DNA of 64,000 nt from Nitrososphaeraceae archaeon (GTDB lineage Archaea > Thermoproteota > Nitrososphaeria > Nitrososphaerales > Nitrososphaeraceae): the NCBI GenBank assembly GCA_044870765.1, contig JBIOZG010000012.1:96001-160000 (forward strand). Direction: 5' to 3'. Below the pieces are notes generated by a model. It was not told where the DNA came from. It saw only the letters and a list, made by a program, of their open reading frames with translations, and did not search any database. This document shows, in pieces, positions 1 to 12,842 of this stretch. The translations under genes and the position numbers were made by a program. Position 1 is the first letter of the stretch, and each line of letters starts with the position of its first letter.

Positions 1-1062
1 GAAGAACAGTTAGATCGGTACATAAATGAGGCAGCTCAAATCAGTCCTGAATATCCAATTGTAATTAGCAAATTCTTTCAGGATTCTGCCGAGGTTGAAG
101 TAGATGTCGTGTGTAATGGTAAAGATGTCATTATAGGTGCTCTAATTGAACATATTGATAATGCAGGTATTCACTCTGGAGATGCCATGATGTGCATACC
201 ACCTTGGAGGCTGAATAGACAAACAATGGATACAATAGTAGACTACTCTAACGTGATTGCCAAAAAATTGGAGGTTAAAGGTCCTCTTAATATCCAGTAC
301 TTGGTTAAAGATGATGAGGTTTATGTAATAGAGGCCAATGTCAGGGCTTCAAGAACCACACCTTTTGTTTCAAAAATAGTTGGAATTAACTTAATTTCGT
401 TAGCGTCTAAAGCAATTCTCAATGGAAAATTACCAGAAGACCTTAACGAGCCATGGTTAAAAATAAGTGGTTTTGGAATAAAAGTACCACAATTTTCATT
501 TATGCAATTGGAAGGTTCGGATATAGTATTAGGAGTTGAAATGCAATCGACCGGCGAAGTAGCCTGTCATGGAAACAGTTTTTATGATGCCTTATCAAAG
601 GCCTACGAAGCAGCCGGATATAATTTACCACTTTCAGGATCTGCCCTGATAACCATTGGAGGGCAAAAAAATAAAGAAAAAATGCTTTCGGCAATCTCAC
701 TTATTAACTTCATGAAATTTAATTTATTGGCAACAGAACACACTGCTGAATTTATCAAAAGTAGAATAACTAATAGCGTTCAGGAAGTACACAAGATAAG
801 CGAACCAATAAGAAAACCCAACATTGCAGATCTTCTCTACAACAAGAAAATAGATTTTATTATAAACATTCCATCAACGTCCACTATTGAAAAGTATGTT
901 GGTATGCTTGATGATGAATATCAAATCAGAAGAAAGGCAGTTGAAATGGGAGTTCCAGTGCTTACAACAGTAGAGTCTGCAATTTCTTTCATACATTGCT
1001 TAGAATGGAGAACCAAGAATAAACCCTCAATAAGCCCACTCTCCAAATATCGTATTAATTAA
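1..1062 (+). CDS. carB: Carbamoyl-phosphate synthase large subunit, C-terminal part (5'-truncated by window edge)
   Basis: Frame is open from base 1 (EEQLDRYINEAAQISPEYPIVISKF). Contains EHIDNAGIHSGDA, IEANVRASRT, LGVEMQSTGEV and a C-terminal MGS-like domain. Confidence 0.95.
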   Translation, partial: EEQLDRYINEAAQISPEYPIVISKFFQDSAEVEVDVVCNGKDVIIGALIEHIDNAGIHSGDAMMCIPPWRLNRQTMDTIVDYSNVIAKKLEVKGPLNIQYLVKDDEVYVIEANVRASRTTPFVSKIVGINLISLASKAILNGKLPEDLNEPWLKISGFGIKVPQFSFMQLEGSDIVLGVEMQSTGEVACHGNSFYDALSKAYEAAGYNLPLSGSALITIGGQKNKEKMLSAISLINFMKFNLLATEHTAEFIKSRITNSVQEVHKISEPIRKPNIADLLYNKKIDFIINIPSTSTIEKYVGMLDDEYQIRRKAVEMGVPVLTTVESAISFIHCLEWRTKNKPSISPLSKYRIN

Positions 1063-1903
1063 AGTCAGGATTAAAAACTTCACCTAAAGTATTCTCATTT
1101 CCAATAATAGTTCCATGTATTGAAACTACTAAACATTTATCTATAATTTCTTTTTTTAATATTTTTTTCAAAATAGGTGAATTTATTTTCCCTTTTCTAG
1201 GTATGCCATGCCCATAGACATATCTATTAAATGATGGTAACAATACTATATCGAGAGATCCTTTTGTACTTGGAAATATGGCCTCTTTTTTTACTTTCAA
1301 AAAGATCCACACCTTCTGTCCACTTAAAATACTATTCTCTCTAAAAAATGTAGGATGTATGTGTCCCATAATTACTTTGTTTATGTTAGATCTTAGCTCT
1401 GATGGAAATGTATGGCCATGTGTCAATAGAATATCGTCTAATACCATTCCTTTAACACCAATTAGGTGTATATTGTCAGGAGATATTAATGCTATTCTTG
1501 AGTCGTGGTTTCCGGGAATCAAATAGACTTCGCAAATTTCTGCCAATGAGTGTAAAAAATTAGGAATTAAATTCCAATCTTGCTTTTCCATTTTAAATAT
1601 GTTGTCTTTAATGTCACCAAGTAAAACAATGGAATTTACCTTGTTTGAGATAACAATATCTCTTAATTCTGTTTCGATATCTTTTATAATATGATACCAG
1701 TCAATAGCGATATCACTACTGCGTAACCAGTATGCAATACCTATATGTAAATCACTAATTACCAATACCCTATTCGGTTTACCATCAATAAATATGTCAA
1801 TCAATAAAGCTGGTTTATTTTCAACTATATTGAGCTGACTCATTTGATAGCTTGATACATATTCGCATAATAAAAACATTGGATACTTCAGACAAGAAAA
1901 CAA
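1055..1903 (-). CDS. Calcineurin-like metallophosphoesterase (ICC/SbcD-related)
   Basis: SDLHIG, LLGD, PGNHD, THGH, GHIHP motifs. True start is probably downstream of the ORF-track start. Confidence 0.85.
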   Translation of the reverse strand: MFSCLKYPMFLLCEYVSSYQMSQLNIVENKPALLIDIFIDGKPNRVLVISDLHIGIAYWLRSSDIAIDWYHIIKDIETELRDIVISNKVNSIVLLGDIKDNIFKMEKQDWNLIPNFLHSLAEICEVYLIPGNHDSRIALISPDNIHLIGVKGMVLDDILLTHGHTFPSELRSNINKVIMGHIHPTFFRENSILSGQKVWIFLKVKKEAIFPSTKGSLDIVLLPSFNRYVYGHGIPRKGKINSPILKKILKKEIIDKCLVVSIHGTIIGNENTLGEVFNPDFN

Positions 1904-1995
1904 ATTGATTTACGGACTAACATTGTTGTTGACAATAGTTTTTGAAAACAAATATTATCCAATAGATTATTATCGTATGACCTAGGACCCTGATT

Positions 1996-2532
1996 GTGAA
2001 CGACATACCTGATTACAATTTGCTTGTAACAACCTTCAAGTATAGAGAAACCGATGCTTTTGACGAATTACTCCAGATCTTAGATACACTTGGGGATAAG
2101 AATCCTACAATTGAAATTACGCCTATTTCAGGGATCATAGTAGCCAAAACATGTATGGACCCCTTCCAAGTAGTAGAGGCCTGTAGAGAACTTGTAAGAA
2201 ATGAACCGTGGTTATTTAGGTATGTTCTCAGAATTATACCGCTGGAAAAAATTTGCAGGGCTGAATTGACTGAGATTCATAATATTGTCAAGCAACTTTC
2301 CATGAAAATAGGTGACGATGAAACTATCAAAGTTATTATAGAAAAAAGACATACCAATTTACGTTCTAATGAGATTATTTCTAATGTTACTAGAGATTTA
2401 GATATTAAAGTAAACTTGAGCGATCCAAATTGGATAATATTAATTCAAATAGTAAATAGATTGGCTGGTATTTCAGTTCTGAGATCCGATCAAATTTTTA
2501 GCTCTGTCAGAGAAAAGATCTCAATTCAGTAA
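1996..2532 (+). CDS. Stand-alone THUMP-domain RNA-binding protein
   Basis: THUMP-like C-terminus (IKVIIEKRHT...KVNLSDPNWIILIQIV) and RYVLRIIP segment. Confidence 0.85.
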   Translation: MNDIPDYNLLVTTFKYRETDAFDELLQILDTLGDKNPTIEITPISGIIVAKTCMDPFQVVEACRELVRNEPWLFRYVLRIIPLEKICRAELTEIHNIVKQLSMKIGDDETIKVIIEKRHTNLRSNEIISNVTRDLDIKVNLSDPNWIILIQIVNRLAGISVLRSDQIFSSVREKISIQ

Positions 2533-2616
2533 AAGAAAATAGCTCATTATTTTCAACTCTCTTATTTTGATATTTTGATAATTTGGCTTGTCTGATAAAA
2601 TTGTATGGCCCTCAAT

Positions 2617-3171
2617 CTATTGTGAAACAAGAGCCGCTTTTTCTGTCAATATTTTTAAAAATTCCTTTGTACTGAAATTCGTATTTGTAAACTGCATCGC
2701 TCTGCATATGTCAACCATTTTTTCTCTTGTAGCATTCATCAGTGAGTCATTTTGATCAGCTATTGTTTTCCTCAAATATCGTACAGACTTGATAATTTGA
2801 TATTTAGTATCAGATAATAAAACGAAACATCCAGAACTATTATTTTTTATGCCTCCAATATTAATTGCCTTATCAACCTGGTTACTGCAAATTAGTCTTA
2901 ACAAGAGTTCCATTTCCAATCTTTTAGCAACTTTTATCTTTCTCTTGTTTGCCTCTAAAATAATCTTCAATACCTCGAAGATGTGTTCTTTCCCAAATAT
3001 GTGACTTGGGTTAATACCTTGAATCATTACTGTGGGATACAATTCTCTAAACTTTGTTATAGAAGTTCCTATATCTGGCATATGTAAAGTCTTGGCACAT
3101 AGTATCACTACATATGTTGAATCAATTTTATATAACGGAATGTTGCTAATTGTATCTATCTTTTCTGCCAT
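2617..3171 (-). CDS. cgi121: KEOPS complex subunit Cgi121
   Basis: AKRLEMELLLRLICSNQVDKAINIGGIK and terminal EKAALV are typical of Cgi121. Confidence 0.8.
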   Translation of the reverse strand: MAEKIDTISNIPLYKIDSTYVVILCAKTLHMPDIGTSITKFRELYPTVMIQGINPSHIFGKEHIFEVLKIILEANKRKIKVAKRLEMELLLRLICSNQVDKAINIGGIKNNSSGCFVLLSDTKYQIIKSVRYLRKTIADQNDSLMNATREKMVDICRAMQFTNTNFSTKEFLKILTEKAALVSQ

Positions 3172-3201
3172 GCCAACATGACTGTATTTAAATTATAAGA
3201 G

Positions 3202-3453
3202 CTATCCACCATGGATTAAGTTCGCAATTGTTACAATATCTCCAGATTTAATTTTTTGGTCATTTCCAGAAATTGATAAATCCGCACCATTAATCAAAAT
3301 TAACAGGTTTTCCTTATCGATATGCTTGGAATTATTCATGCGCTCATGAAGGATGGAAAATATATTTGATATCGTAGTCTCTTTTTGATGAATTATTATG
3401 TTGTCTTTGCCACAATATTTCTTAATGGATCCTAGTAACTTTAAGGTGATCAA
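3202..3453 (-). CDS. Ubiquitin-like MoaD/ThiS/Urm1 (SAMP) sulfur-carrier protein
   Basis: 83 aa with beta-grasp pattern LILING...GDIVTI and C-terminal HGG. Confidence 0.9.
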   Translation of the reverse strand: MITLKLLGSIKKYCGKDNIIIHQKETTISNIFSILHERMNNSKHIDKENLLILINGADLSISGNDQKIKSGDIVTIANLIHGG

Positions 3454-3476
3454 TCTACCAATAATGACCTAGTTCG

Positions 3477-3698
3477 TTATGTCTCCTCGACATCTTCCTC
3501 AATTTTCTTGTTTTGTTCTTTTGTTTGCCTGTTGATATATGAAGCAATAAAACCGGCTATCTGATTTCTCAGTTCTTTAGAACTAACTGTTGCGAGCTCG
3601 TCTATTGTTTTCTTATTCTGTTGAAAGTCAACGTTGAATTTATCTGGATATCGGTTTAAGAGCTCTGTTGAAAATTTCTTAACTCTATTCAATATCAC
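3477..3698 (-). CDS. rps17e: 30S ribosomal protein S17e
   Basis: YPDKFNVDFQQNK...SKELRNQIAGFI. Confidence 0.95.
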   Translation of the reverse strand: MILNRVKKFSTELLNRYPDKFNVDFQQNKKTIDELATVSSKELRNQIAGFIASYINRQTKEQNKKIEEDVEET

Positions 3699-3717
3699 AC
3701 ACTAATCAGTAAAGGCT

Positions 3718-3731
3718 ATTTTATACCTTCC
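3718..3731 (-). promoter_or_regulatory. Probable BRE/TATA promoter of rps17e-SAMP-cgi121
   Basis: Minus strand GAAGG-TATAAAAT lies about 20-25 nt upstream of the rps17e start. Confidence 0.55.
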
Positions 3732-3756
3732 TTATTACAGAAACTATAGATACGCG

Positions 3757-4527
3757 TTAGTCAAAGAATAAAATTGAATTATTTGCTATTCTTTCCATTA
3801 CGTTCCTTGGCGATTCGCAAAGAAGTTCTGCTATACTTCTTACAATACTCACAAGACATGAAGTGGGAAGAGTAAATACATTAGTAAAGCAAGATGGATA
3901 TCTCACTGGTCCGTCAGTTTCAATTAATAATCTTTCTTCATTTGTTAACTTTAGCAATTTTTGCTTTCTCTTAGAGTATACCAACGATGGCCCATAAGAG
4001 AGATACAATCCCATATCAAGTGACTTTTCTAATTGTTGTGAGGATCCATCAAACCAATGAAGACATACTTTTTTCAAATTAAATGTAGATAATAAACTCA
4101 GAATTTCGTCAAGTGAATTTCTAGAATGAATAGAAACTGGTTTACCATAGTTTTCTGCAATAGTTAACATCTTGTTGAATACCTGGTATTGTAACGCTTT
4201 TGTATTTCCTTCTTGATCGTAGTACGCGGGATCCAATCCAATTTCACCAATACCATCAATATTATTTACATTGTCAGTAACAATTTCCTCAAATTTTGAT
4301 ATATTCTCAGCCGCGTATTGTGGATGAATTCCAATAAAATTATAAACAGAATCATGAACGCTTTTTTCCTCAAAGAGTCTTAACGCCTTTAACGAATTTG
4401 AATTATTCACTGTCACTGAGCACGCTTTCAAATCCAGTCCCTTTATAGTTGCGAGTATTGATGGCAAAAAATTATCATATACAGGATCTGTAAGATGGAT
4501 GTGAGAGTCGCATAATACAAGTTTCAA
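3757..4527 (-). CDS. tatD: TatD-family deoxyribonuclease
   Basis: DSHIH, GIHP, IGEIGLD, IHSR, HWF, ETDGP motifs. Confidence 0.93.
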   Translation of the reverse strand: MKLVLCDSHIHLTDPVYDNFLPSILATIKGLDLKACSVTVNNSNSLKALRLFEEKSVHDSVYNFIGIHPQYAAENISKFEEIVTDNVNNIDGIGEIGLDPAYYDQEGNTKALQYQVFNKMLTIAENYGKPVSIHSRNSLDEILSLLSTFNLKKVCLHWFDGSSQQLEKSLDMGLYLSYGPSLVYSKRKQKLLKLTNEERLLIETDGPVRYPSCFTNVFTLPTSCLVSIVRSIAELLCESPRNVMERIANNSILFFD

Positions 4528-4585
4528 TTCAGATTCTGGTCTTCATAAGATAAACTTATCAATTTATTTAAAACAACTAAGTCCT

Positions 4586-4795
4586 TCATGTAACCAATTC
4601 TATCCTTCTCTTATCTTTCGTTAGCCAACTAACTCTCACTAATCCAAATATCTCTAAATCCAGTAACGTTTTGTTTAAATCAGCAACTGTAATTTGTACT
4701 CCATCCTTTTCTAAATTACTCACTAGCTCATTATCTGACAAATTTCCTACCTCTTTTATCTTTTCTAATACAATATTTCTTAATGGATATTTCAA
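4586..4795 (-). CDS. Small winged-helix-like hypothetical protein
   Basis: 69 aa, LNKTLLDLEIFGLVRV helix plus wing pattern. Confidence 0.65.
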   Translation of the reverse strand: MKYPLRNIVLEKIKEVGNLSDNELVSNLEKDGVQITVADLNKTLLDLEIFGLVRVSWLTKDKRRIELVT

Positions 4796-5029
4796 GTATC
4801 TTCACTGATTTCAGAATATAATTATGATTACTTGATTTGAAGCATATTATAAATGCTCTTTTAAAAATTCATGATTTATTTTTAAGTAAATAAAAAGTAA
4901 TCAAATTATTTCTTCGTTTTTAATGAAAGTAAGTCAAAAATCTGTTGGCGCACTTTAATTTCTACGAGTCTAATACACGAGATCAATAGAAATAAAGAAA
5001 AAATAATCATGAAATAAATCTGATTTGAA

Positions 5030-5329
5030 TTAATTTTCCAGTGGCTTTAGAGTAAAGACAAATCTTGATCCTTCAAATTCAGTTACTCCCTGTCTTTCCC
5101 AGTTTACTTCATAATTGTGGGTAATTTGTTTTCCAATAATGCTAATTTTTCTAGGAAGTTGAGAAAACAGGCTCTCTACTTTTTCCAGATTTTTTGTCAT
5201 CAATAATGATCTTCGCCTCTTCATCAGGTACTTCACTGCAACATTTTTGTGAAGATATCCATATTCCTGAATCTTTTCATTTCCGTTATCAATAATGAAT
5301 TCGCGCTTGGTCATTGCGAATATCAGCAT
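5030..5329 (-). CDS. Hypothetical protein
   Basis: About 95-99 aa ORF filling a gap between genes, protein-like composition. Confidence 0.6.
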   Translation of the reverse strand: MLIFAMTKREFIIDNGNEKIQEYGYLHKNVAVKYLMKRRRSLLMTKNLEKVESLFSQLPRKISIIGKQITHNYEVNWERQGVTEFEGSRFVFTLKPLEN

Positions 5330-5510
5330 TATTTACTTAAAAAGAAACATTGTCAAATCTATTAGAACAACATGGGTGAATTTAATCGCATGAGGATTGT
5401 TTCTAGCATCTCGTAACTCAAAATTTTAACATTTTGTAATTTTTCGTACATTATCCGTACATTTTAAATAAATAAGAAAGGTTTATTACTTTATTTGCTA
5501 AATTAATTGT

Positions 5511-6170
5511 ATGTATTCTCAGACTTATTCTGTTCCTCATGCAGTTAGACAGATTATAGGATCAAGTACGTTATTTTTTCAAGCGTTAAGCACGGGCATA
5601 GCAAATTATACCGCTTTGGCCCAGAAGATAAAACCAGAAGTCGAAAAGCTGACAAAATCTGAAGTTAATGTAAATACTCTAGTAGTAGCGATTAAGCGAT
5701 TTGCAGATTCTCTCGACGGAATTGATTATGAATACCATCCAATTTTTGAAGGGGTGAGAATGAGCTTGACGGGTAGTATTATCGATATCGATTTTCACGA
5801 GACTGACGACGTCTATCAAGTATTAGATGAAATATTTGAGCTTAGTAGCGGATACAATATGTTCAGGACTAATAAGCAAATTAGATTGTTTGCTGAAGAT
5901 ATTGATGAAATTCGGACTATGTTCAAATCATCCCCCAAGCGAGCTATTGGAGAAATAACGGATGGTCTCTCTAAAATAACAATTACTGTTCAATCAGATA
6001 AGGAAAATACATACGAAGTATTGTCACTTGTTCTGTCATTATTGCATAACAACCGTATTCTACTGTACAATGCTTTTTTCACACAAAATGAAATAATTTT
6101 AATTCTGGGGATGAATGATGCTGCCAAGGCTTACGAAGTAATCAGAGAAAAACTATATGGCCAGGAATAG
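5511..6170 (+). CDS. Probable regulator with N-terminal HTH-like and C-terminal ACT-like domains
   Basis: GIANYTALAQKI...TLVVAIKR N-terminus and ACT-like C-terminus (SKITITV...LHNNRILLYNAF). Confidence 0.65.
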   Translation: MYSQTYSVPHAVRQIIGSSTLFFQALSTGIANYTALAQKIKPEVEKLTKSEVNVNTLVVAIKRFADSLDGIDYEYHPIFEGVRMSLTGSIIDIDFHETDDVYQVLDEIFELSSGYNMFRTNKQIRLFAEDIDEIRTMFKSSPKRAIGEITDGLSKITITVQSDKENTYEVLSLVLSLLHNNRILLYNAFFTQNEIILILGMNDAAKAYEVIREKLYGQE

Positions 6171-6231
6171 TAACCGCTACTTCTTACTGCATTCAGTGTG
6201 ACAATCAAATAATATTTGTTACTATCTGATA

Positions 6232-8451
<2,220 letters not shown>

Positions 8452-8640
8452 TCAATATTCTTAGTAATCCAATTATCAGATGACTGTATTCTAATTTCCA
8501 ACACTATGTTTTTAGGAAAAGCACGAGTCTTTTTCATATTTTCACTGCAGAAAAATTAGATTTGTATTGTAATTAGGCATCTAGTATTGCACCTACCAAA
8601 ACGTTAAAATCATGATGATGATTAATTCGATTGGACCGTT

Positions 8641-9369
8641 TTGGGTAAAAGAACTTTAGTACGTAGAAGGGGTAAAGGAGGTAAACAATTTCAGGCCATA
8701 AAAAGAGGAAAAATTGTACCTGCCAAGTATCCAAATTTACAATTGACTGAGCAGAGAGTTGGTTCGATAGTTGACATTGTTCACGAAAGAGGTAGGGATG
8801 CACCATTGGCTAAAATTAAATTTGATAAAGAGTTCAGCTACTTACCTGCTCCTGACGGCATGGAAGTTGGAGAAAAAATCCAAATCGGAAATAATGTTGA
8901 CTTTAAATCAAATAATATTTTGGCCCTAGAATCTATTCCAGACGGTACGCTGATTTGTAATCTAGAAAGGAACATTGGTGATGGAGGAAAACTCGTGAAA
9001 TCCGCTGGATCATCTGCCATTGTATTTTCCCATACCTCTCAAGGTGTGTCGGTAAAATTACCATCCGGAAAATTTACTACATTAAATCCAAAATGTAAGG
9101 CAATGATAGGAATTGTTTCTGGTGCAGGTCGAAAGGAAAAGCCATTTCTCAAAGCTGGAAACAAAGCTAAATACATGATCGCACACGGCAAGCTTTATCC
9201 CACAGTTAGGGGAATAGCACAAGCTGCGGTTTATCATCCACATGGTGGTGGAAGACATCAGCACGTAGGTCGCCAATCATCAGTCGGAAGGACAACACCT
9301 CCTGGTAGGAAAGTGGGAAATATTGCACCACGAAAAACTGGCCGAGCCAGAGTAAAAAAGAAAGAATAG
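8641..9369 (+). CDS. rpl2: 50S ribosomal protein L2
   Basis: MGKR...RRGKG, HERGRDAPLA, HPHGGG, PPGRKVGNIAPRKTGR. Confidence 0.97.
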   Translation: MGKRTLVRRRGKGGKQFQAIKRGKIVPAKYPNLQLTEQRVGSIVDIVHERGRDAPLAKIKFDKEFSYLPAPDGMEVGEKIQIGNNVDFKSNNILALESIPDGTLICNLERNIGDGGKLVKSAGSSAIVFSHTSQGVSVKLPSGKFTTLNPKCKAMIGIVSGAGRKEKPFLKAGNKAKYMIAHGKLYPTVRGIAQAAVYHPHGGGRHQHVGRQSSVGRTTPPGRKVGNIAPRKTGRARVKKKE

Positions 9370-9435
9370 AAATTTACTCCCAAAAACTTTTTTGTAACGT
9401 TATCCATATTGAGAATAAAATAAGGAGTCACTAAT

Positions 9436-10086
9436 ATGGAGATCAGCAAGCTATTTGCATTAATGCAGAGCACCCTTAGGGATAATAATCTTGTAAGACC
9501 CACTGCTCTGAAAAATCTGCAAATTCAGGAAGACGGTGACCCATTCAAAATATTGATTGGAACTATATTGTCCACACGAACTAGAGACGAAGTTACTACT
9601 GCCGTAATTAAAGCGTTATTTTCTAGATTCAAGAATCCTGATGAGCTATCTAGAGCGAATTTAAGTGACATAAAGAAACTGATACAGAAAATTGGCTTTT
9701 ATAATGTCAAGGCCTCTAGACTAAAAGAAGTATCACAATTAATAATCAAAAAATATAATGGCGAGGTACCATCTAATCTAGATGACCTCCTTACGCTTCC
9801 CGGAGTCGGAAGAAAGACTGCTAATTGTGTGCTGGTCTACGGTTTTAAGAAGGCCGCCATTCCGGTAGACATACATGTTCATAGAATTTCCAATAGGATT
9901 GGAATTGTAAATACAAAAAACCCTGAGGAAACGGAAAATGTCCTACAAAAATCAATAGACAAGAAATATTGGATTAGAGTGAATGAAACTTTTGTAACGT
10001 TTGGCCAGAATATATGCTTGCCAATTAAGCCTAAGTGCAATGTTTGTCAGTTGACAAAAATGTGCAAATATTATTCAAAAAAATAG
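9436..10086 (+). CDS. nth: Endonuclease III (HhH-GPD DNA glycosylase, 4Fe-4S)
   Basis: LPGVGRKTAN, VDIHVHRISNRIG, C-x6-C-x2-C-x5-C cluster. Confidence 0.95.
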   Translation: MEISKLFALMQSTLRDNNLVRPTALKNLQIQEDGDPFKILIGTILSTRTRDEVTTAVIKALFSRFKNPDELSRANLSDIKKLIQKIGFYNVKASRLKEVSQLIIKKYNGEVPSNLDDLLTLPGVGRKTANCVLVYGFKKAAIPVDIHVHRISNRIGIVNTKNPEETENVLQKSIDKKYWIRVNETFVTFGQNICLPIKPKCNVCQLTKMCKYYSKK

Positions 10087-10788
10087 CTAGTCTCTTTTTT
10101 TTCTAATAATTAATACCAGTACAATTGAGCCAATTGCAATCATCGTTATTAATGGCAGGTAATACAATGGAGACTCTGCAGGGTTACCAAATAAGATGTC
10201 GAATGAAATTGTACCGCTATTTGAATTGTCTGGATCAGTTGATTCATCTTTACCATATATCGATATCGATCCAACAACAAAATCATTTACTGACAATTTG
10301 TCAATTATGATTCTCTTGCCATTCGTAATGGTCAGACCTTGATTGTTTGCATGGGCTACAAATATTGGTTGATCCCTAGACCATCCGTCTTTTTCTCGCT
10401 CATATACCCGTATATAGCCTGATTCATTGGTGTTAATTGCTGCCCAGAACTTTCCAGTTATATCACCAAACATTGCTAGTTCTATGAACTTTTCACTAGG
10501 TGCAGGTTCTTGAATCTTTATCACAGTTTTTGCATTTTCTGAATTTGAGTAGGTTAAATTATTTTGAATAGTCAACTGCCAATTGGTTGGTATAGGTTTT
10601 GAAAAGTCATATACTAATGGTTGTCTTCTATATGCATTAGACGCATCATAATCAACAACAAATCTTTCAGAATTCTTTGTTTTGATAATGTCATGAATAC
10701 TACTCTGTCCACTAATTGACATAATTGGGAAAATTAAGAACAATACAAATGCAATAATTCCAACTTTCAATAGTCCTGTCAATTTCAT
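10087..10788 (-). CDS. Hypothetical exported protein with C-terminal membrane anchor
   Basis: N-terminal signal/TM, C-terminal TM followed by RKKRD. Start overlaps the sat stop by 4 nt. Confidence 0.75.
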   Translation of the reverse strand: MKLTGLLKVGIIAFVLFLIFPIMSISGQSSIHDIIKTKNSERFVVDYDASNAYRRQPLVYDFSKPIPTNWQLTIQNNLTYSNSENAKTVIKIQEPAPSEKFIELAMFGDITGKFWAAINTNESGYIRVYEREKDGWSRDQPIFVAHANNQGLTITNGKRIIIDKLSVNDFVVGSISIYGKDESTDPDNSNSGTISFDILFGNPAESPLYYLPLITMIAIGSIVLVLIIRKKRD

Positions 10789-11924
10789 TCAACTACAAAT
10801 GGTTTTTCTGATTTAAGAATTAACTCTGCTATTTCTGGCCGCATCAAGTGCTTTTCAGGTATCCTGCCAGAATTTACCATTTTCCTCATCATTGTTCCAC
10901 TCAGTTCTTCTTTTGATTCTATTCCATGCGGACATGTTTTTTCATTCGCAAAGAACATACATTTTTTACAAAAATAAAAAGATGGGAAGATTACTGGAGT
11001 AATTCCCAAATCAGGATACTTTTGGAAGATTTCCTGGGCCGCGAATGGTGGGTAATAGTTACCAACACCGGCATGATCCCTTCCTACAATGAAATGTGTG
11101 CAGCCAAAATTTTTCCGCATGATTGCGTGATGTATCGCTTCTCGTGGACCCGCATATCTCATTGATGTATGGATTGTCGAAAATAATACCCTATTTTTCG
11201 GAAAATAGTAATCTATCAATAATTTGTATGCACTTATTATCATATCGTCTGTAAAATCACCTATCTTTTTTTTGCCTATCAACGGATTGAGGAATAACCC
11301 ATCATAAATGTTCAAGGCTGCCTTTTGTAGCATTTCATGGGCTACGTGTGGCACATTTCTTGTTTGAAAACCTACAATGCTTTTCCAACCTCGTTTCGAA
11401 ATTTCTGAACGAGTTTCCGATGGATGCATTCGGAACTTTTGGATATCATCGTACTCTTTCATTTGAAAAACTTCCACCTCTCCACCTACGAGGAATTCTT
11501 TCATTTTAAAGAGTCGGCTCACCCCTGGATGATTGGTATCTGTAGTTCCATAAACCGCATTTGCCATGTCTTGTTTGTTATATTCATAAATTTCGTGTAC
11601 ATGGAGTATGCCAAATTTTTGGCCATCCGAACATAGTATAACATCCCCTAAATCCTCCATTTGCTTTGCAATTTGTTTTTCCGAATCAAGTACAATAGGT
11701 ATAGTCCAAGGAACTCCGCTACTCAATCGTCCTTCTTTAAGTACATTCAGGAAATCTTCCTGGCCAACAAAGCCAACAAGTGGACTAAAGACACCAGTGG
11801 CTATGTTTTCAGCATCATTTCTAATATCGGATGATACTTCAAATGTGGGTAAATCATCAGACTTTTTTTGAGTATATTTATTTATTAATTTACCACCATG
11901 TGGTAAAATTAGATTACCTGTCAA
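10785..11924 (-). CDS. sat: Sulfate adenylyltransferase (ATP sulfurylase)
   Basis: PHGG, FQTRNVPHVAHE, RYAGPREAIHHAIMRKNFGCTHFIVGRDHAG. Confidence 0.97.
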   Translation of the reverse strand: MTGNLILPHGGKLINKYTQKKSDDLPTFEVSSDIRNDAENIATGVFSPLVGFVGQEDFLNVLKEGRLSSGVPWTIPIVLDSEKQIAKQMEDLGDVILCSDGQKFGILHVHEIYEYNKQDMANAVYGTTDTNHPGVSRLFKMKEFLVGGEVEVFQMKEYDDIQKFRMHPSETRSEISKRGWKSIVGFQTRNVPHVAHEMLQKAALNIYDGLFLNPLIGKKKIGDFTDDMIISAYKLLIDYYFPKNRVLFSTIHTSMRYAGPREAIHHAIMRKNFGCTHFIVGRDHAGVGNYYPPFAAQEIFQKYPDLGITPVIFPSFYFCKKCMFFANEKTCPHGIESKEELSGTMMRKMVNSGRIPEKHLMRPEIAELILKSEKPFVVE

Positions 11925-11930
11925 AAATGC

Positions 11931-12647
11931 TCATTTACCTTCTTTCCAATGCAGACCACATTCTTTGTGAGTGTCATTTTCCCACCACCATCTCCCAGCC
12001 CTAGGATCTTCTCCCTGCATCACAGCTCTTGTGCATGGTTCGCATCCTATACTAGGATATCCTTTATCGTGTAGTTCATTATAAGGAACCTTGTTTTCCT
12101 GGATATACTTCCAAATTTCTTCATTCGTCCAATCTGCCAATGGATTTAACTTAATGATTTTGTTGTTCAATGTATCAATTTCAATCTTTGATATACTGTT
12201 TCTAGTTAACGATTGTTCTCGACGCAGTCCGGTGATCCAACAATCGAATTGTTTAAGAGCTCTTTTTAAGGGTTCAATTTTTCTAATATTGCAACATTGT
12301 TTTCTATTCTCTACGCTCTCGTACATTAGATTCATTCCCTTATTTGCGACCATCTCCTCAACATCACTTGATTTTGGGAAATATACATCAACTTTAATAT
12401 CGTATTTTAGTCTTATTTTGTCAATAAGATCATAAGTTTCTTGATTAAGTCTACCCGTATCGAGGGTAAAGACTCTAGTCAGATTCCTGTTAATATTGCA
12501 CATCATGTCAATTAATACAACATCTTCCGCACCAAAGCTTGATGCAAGCACCATTCTGTCACGGTATTTCTTAAATCCCCATTTTAGGATCTCGTCTGCG
12601 GCTTTTGATTCCATTTCCTTTGCAATATTGTTTATTTCATTTACCAA
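11931..12647 (-). CDS. cysH: APS/PAPS reductase (4Fe-4S APS-reductase type)
   Basis: LDTGRL, CC..RK, TGLRREQS, GYPSIGCEPCT, ECGLH. Confidence 0.95.
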   Translation of the reverse strand: MVNEINNIAKEMESKAADEILKWGFKKYRDRMVLASSFGAEDVVLIDMMCNINRNLTRVFTLDTGRLNQETYDLIDKIRLKYDIKVDVYFPKSSDVEEMVANKGMNLMYESVENRKQCCNIRKIEPLKRALKQFDCWITGLRREQSLTRNSISKIEIDTLNNKIIKLNPLADWTNEEIWKYIQENKVPYNELHDKGYPSIGCEPCTRAVMQGEDPRAGRWWWENDTHKECGLHWKEGK

Positions 12648-12842
12648 AGCATTCGGAGCCTCCCCATCATATTGTTTATCTGCACTATTTCTAATTTGAG
12701 AAAAATAGGCTTATAATTATTATTCTTTTTGTCGGTTTAATATAATAAAGTTATCTAACGCAAATATACTCCAGGTGTTTTTATCCATTAGGAAGATTCA
12801 TTATTAGTGTTGTATATGAGTGATATGTGGAGGTTCTAGTTT

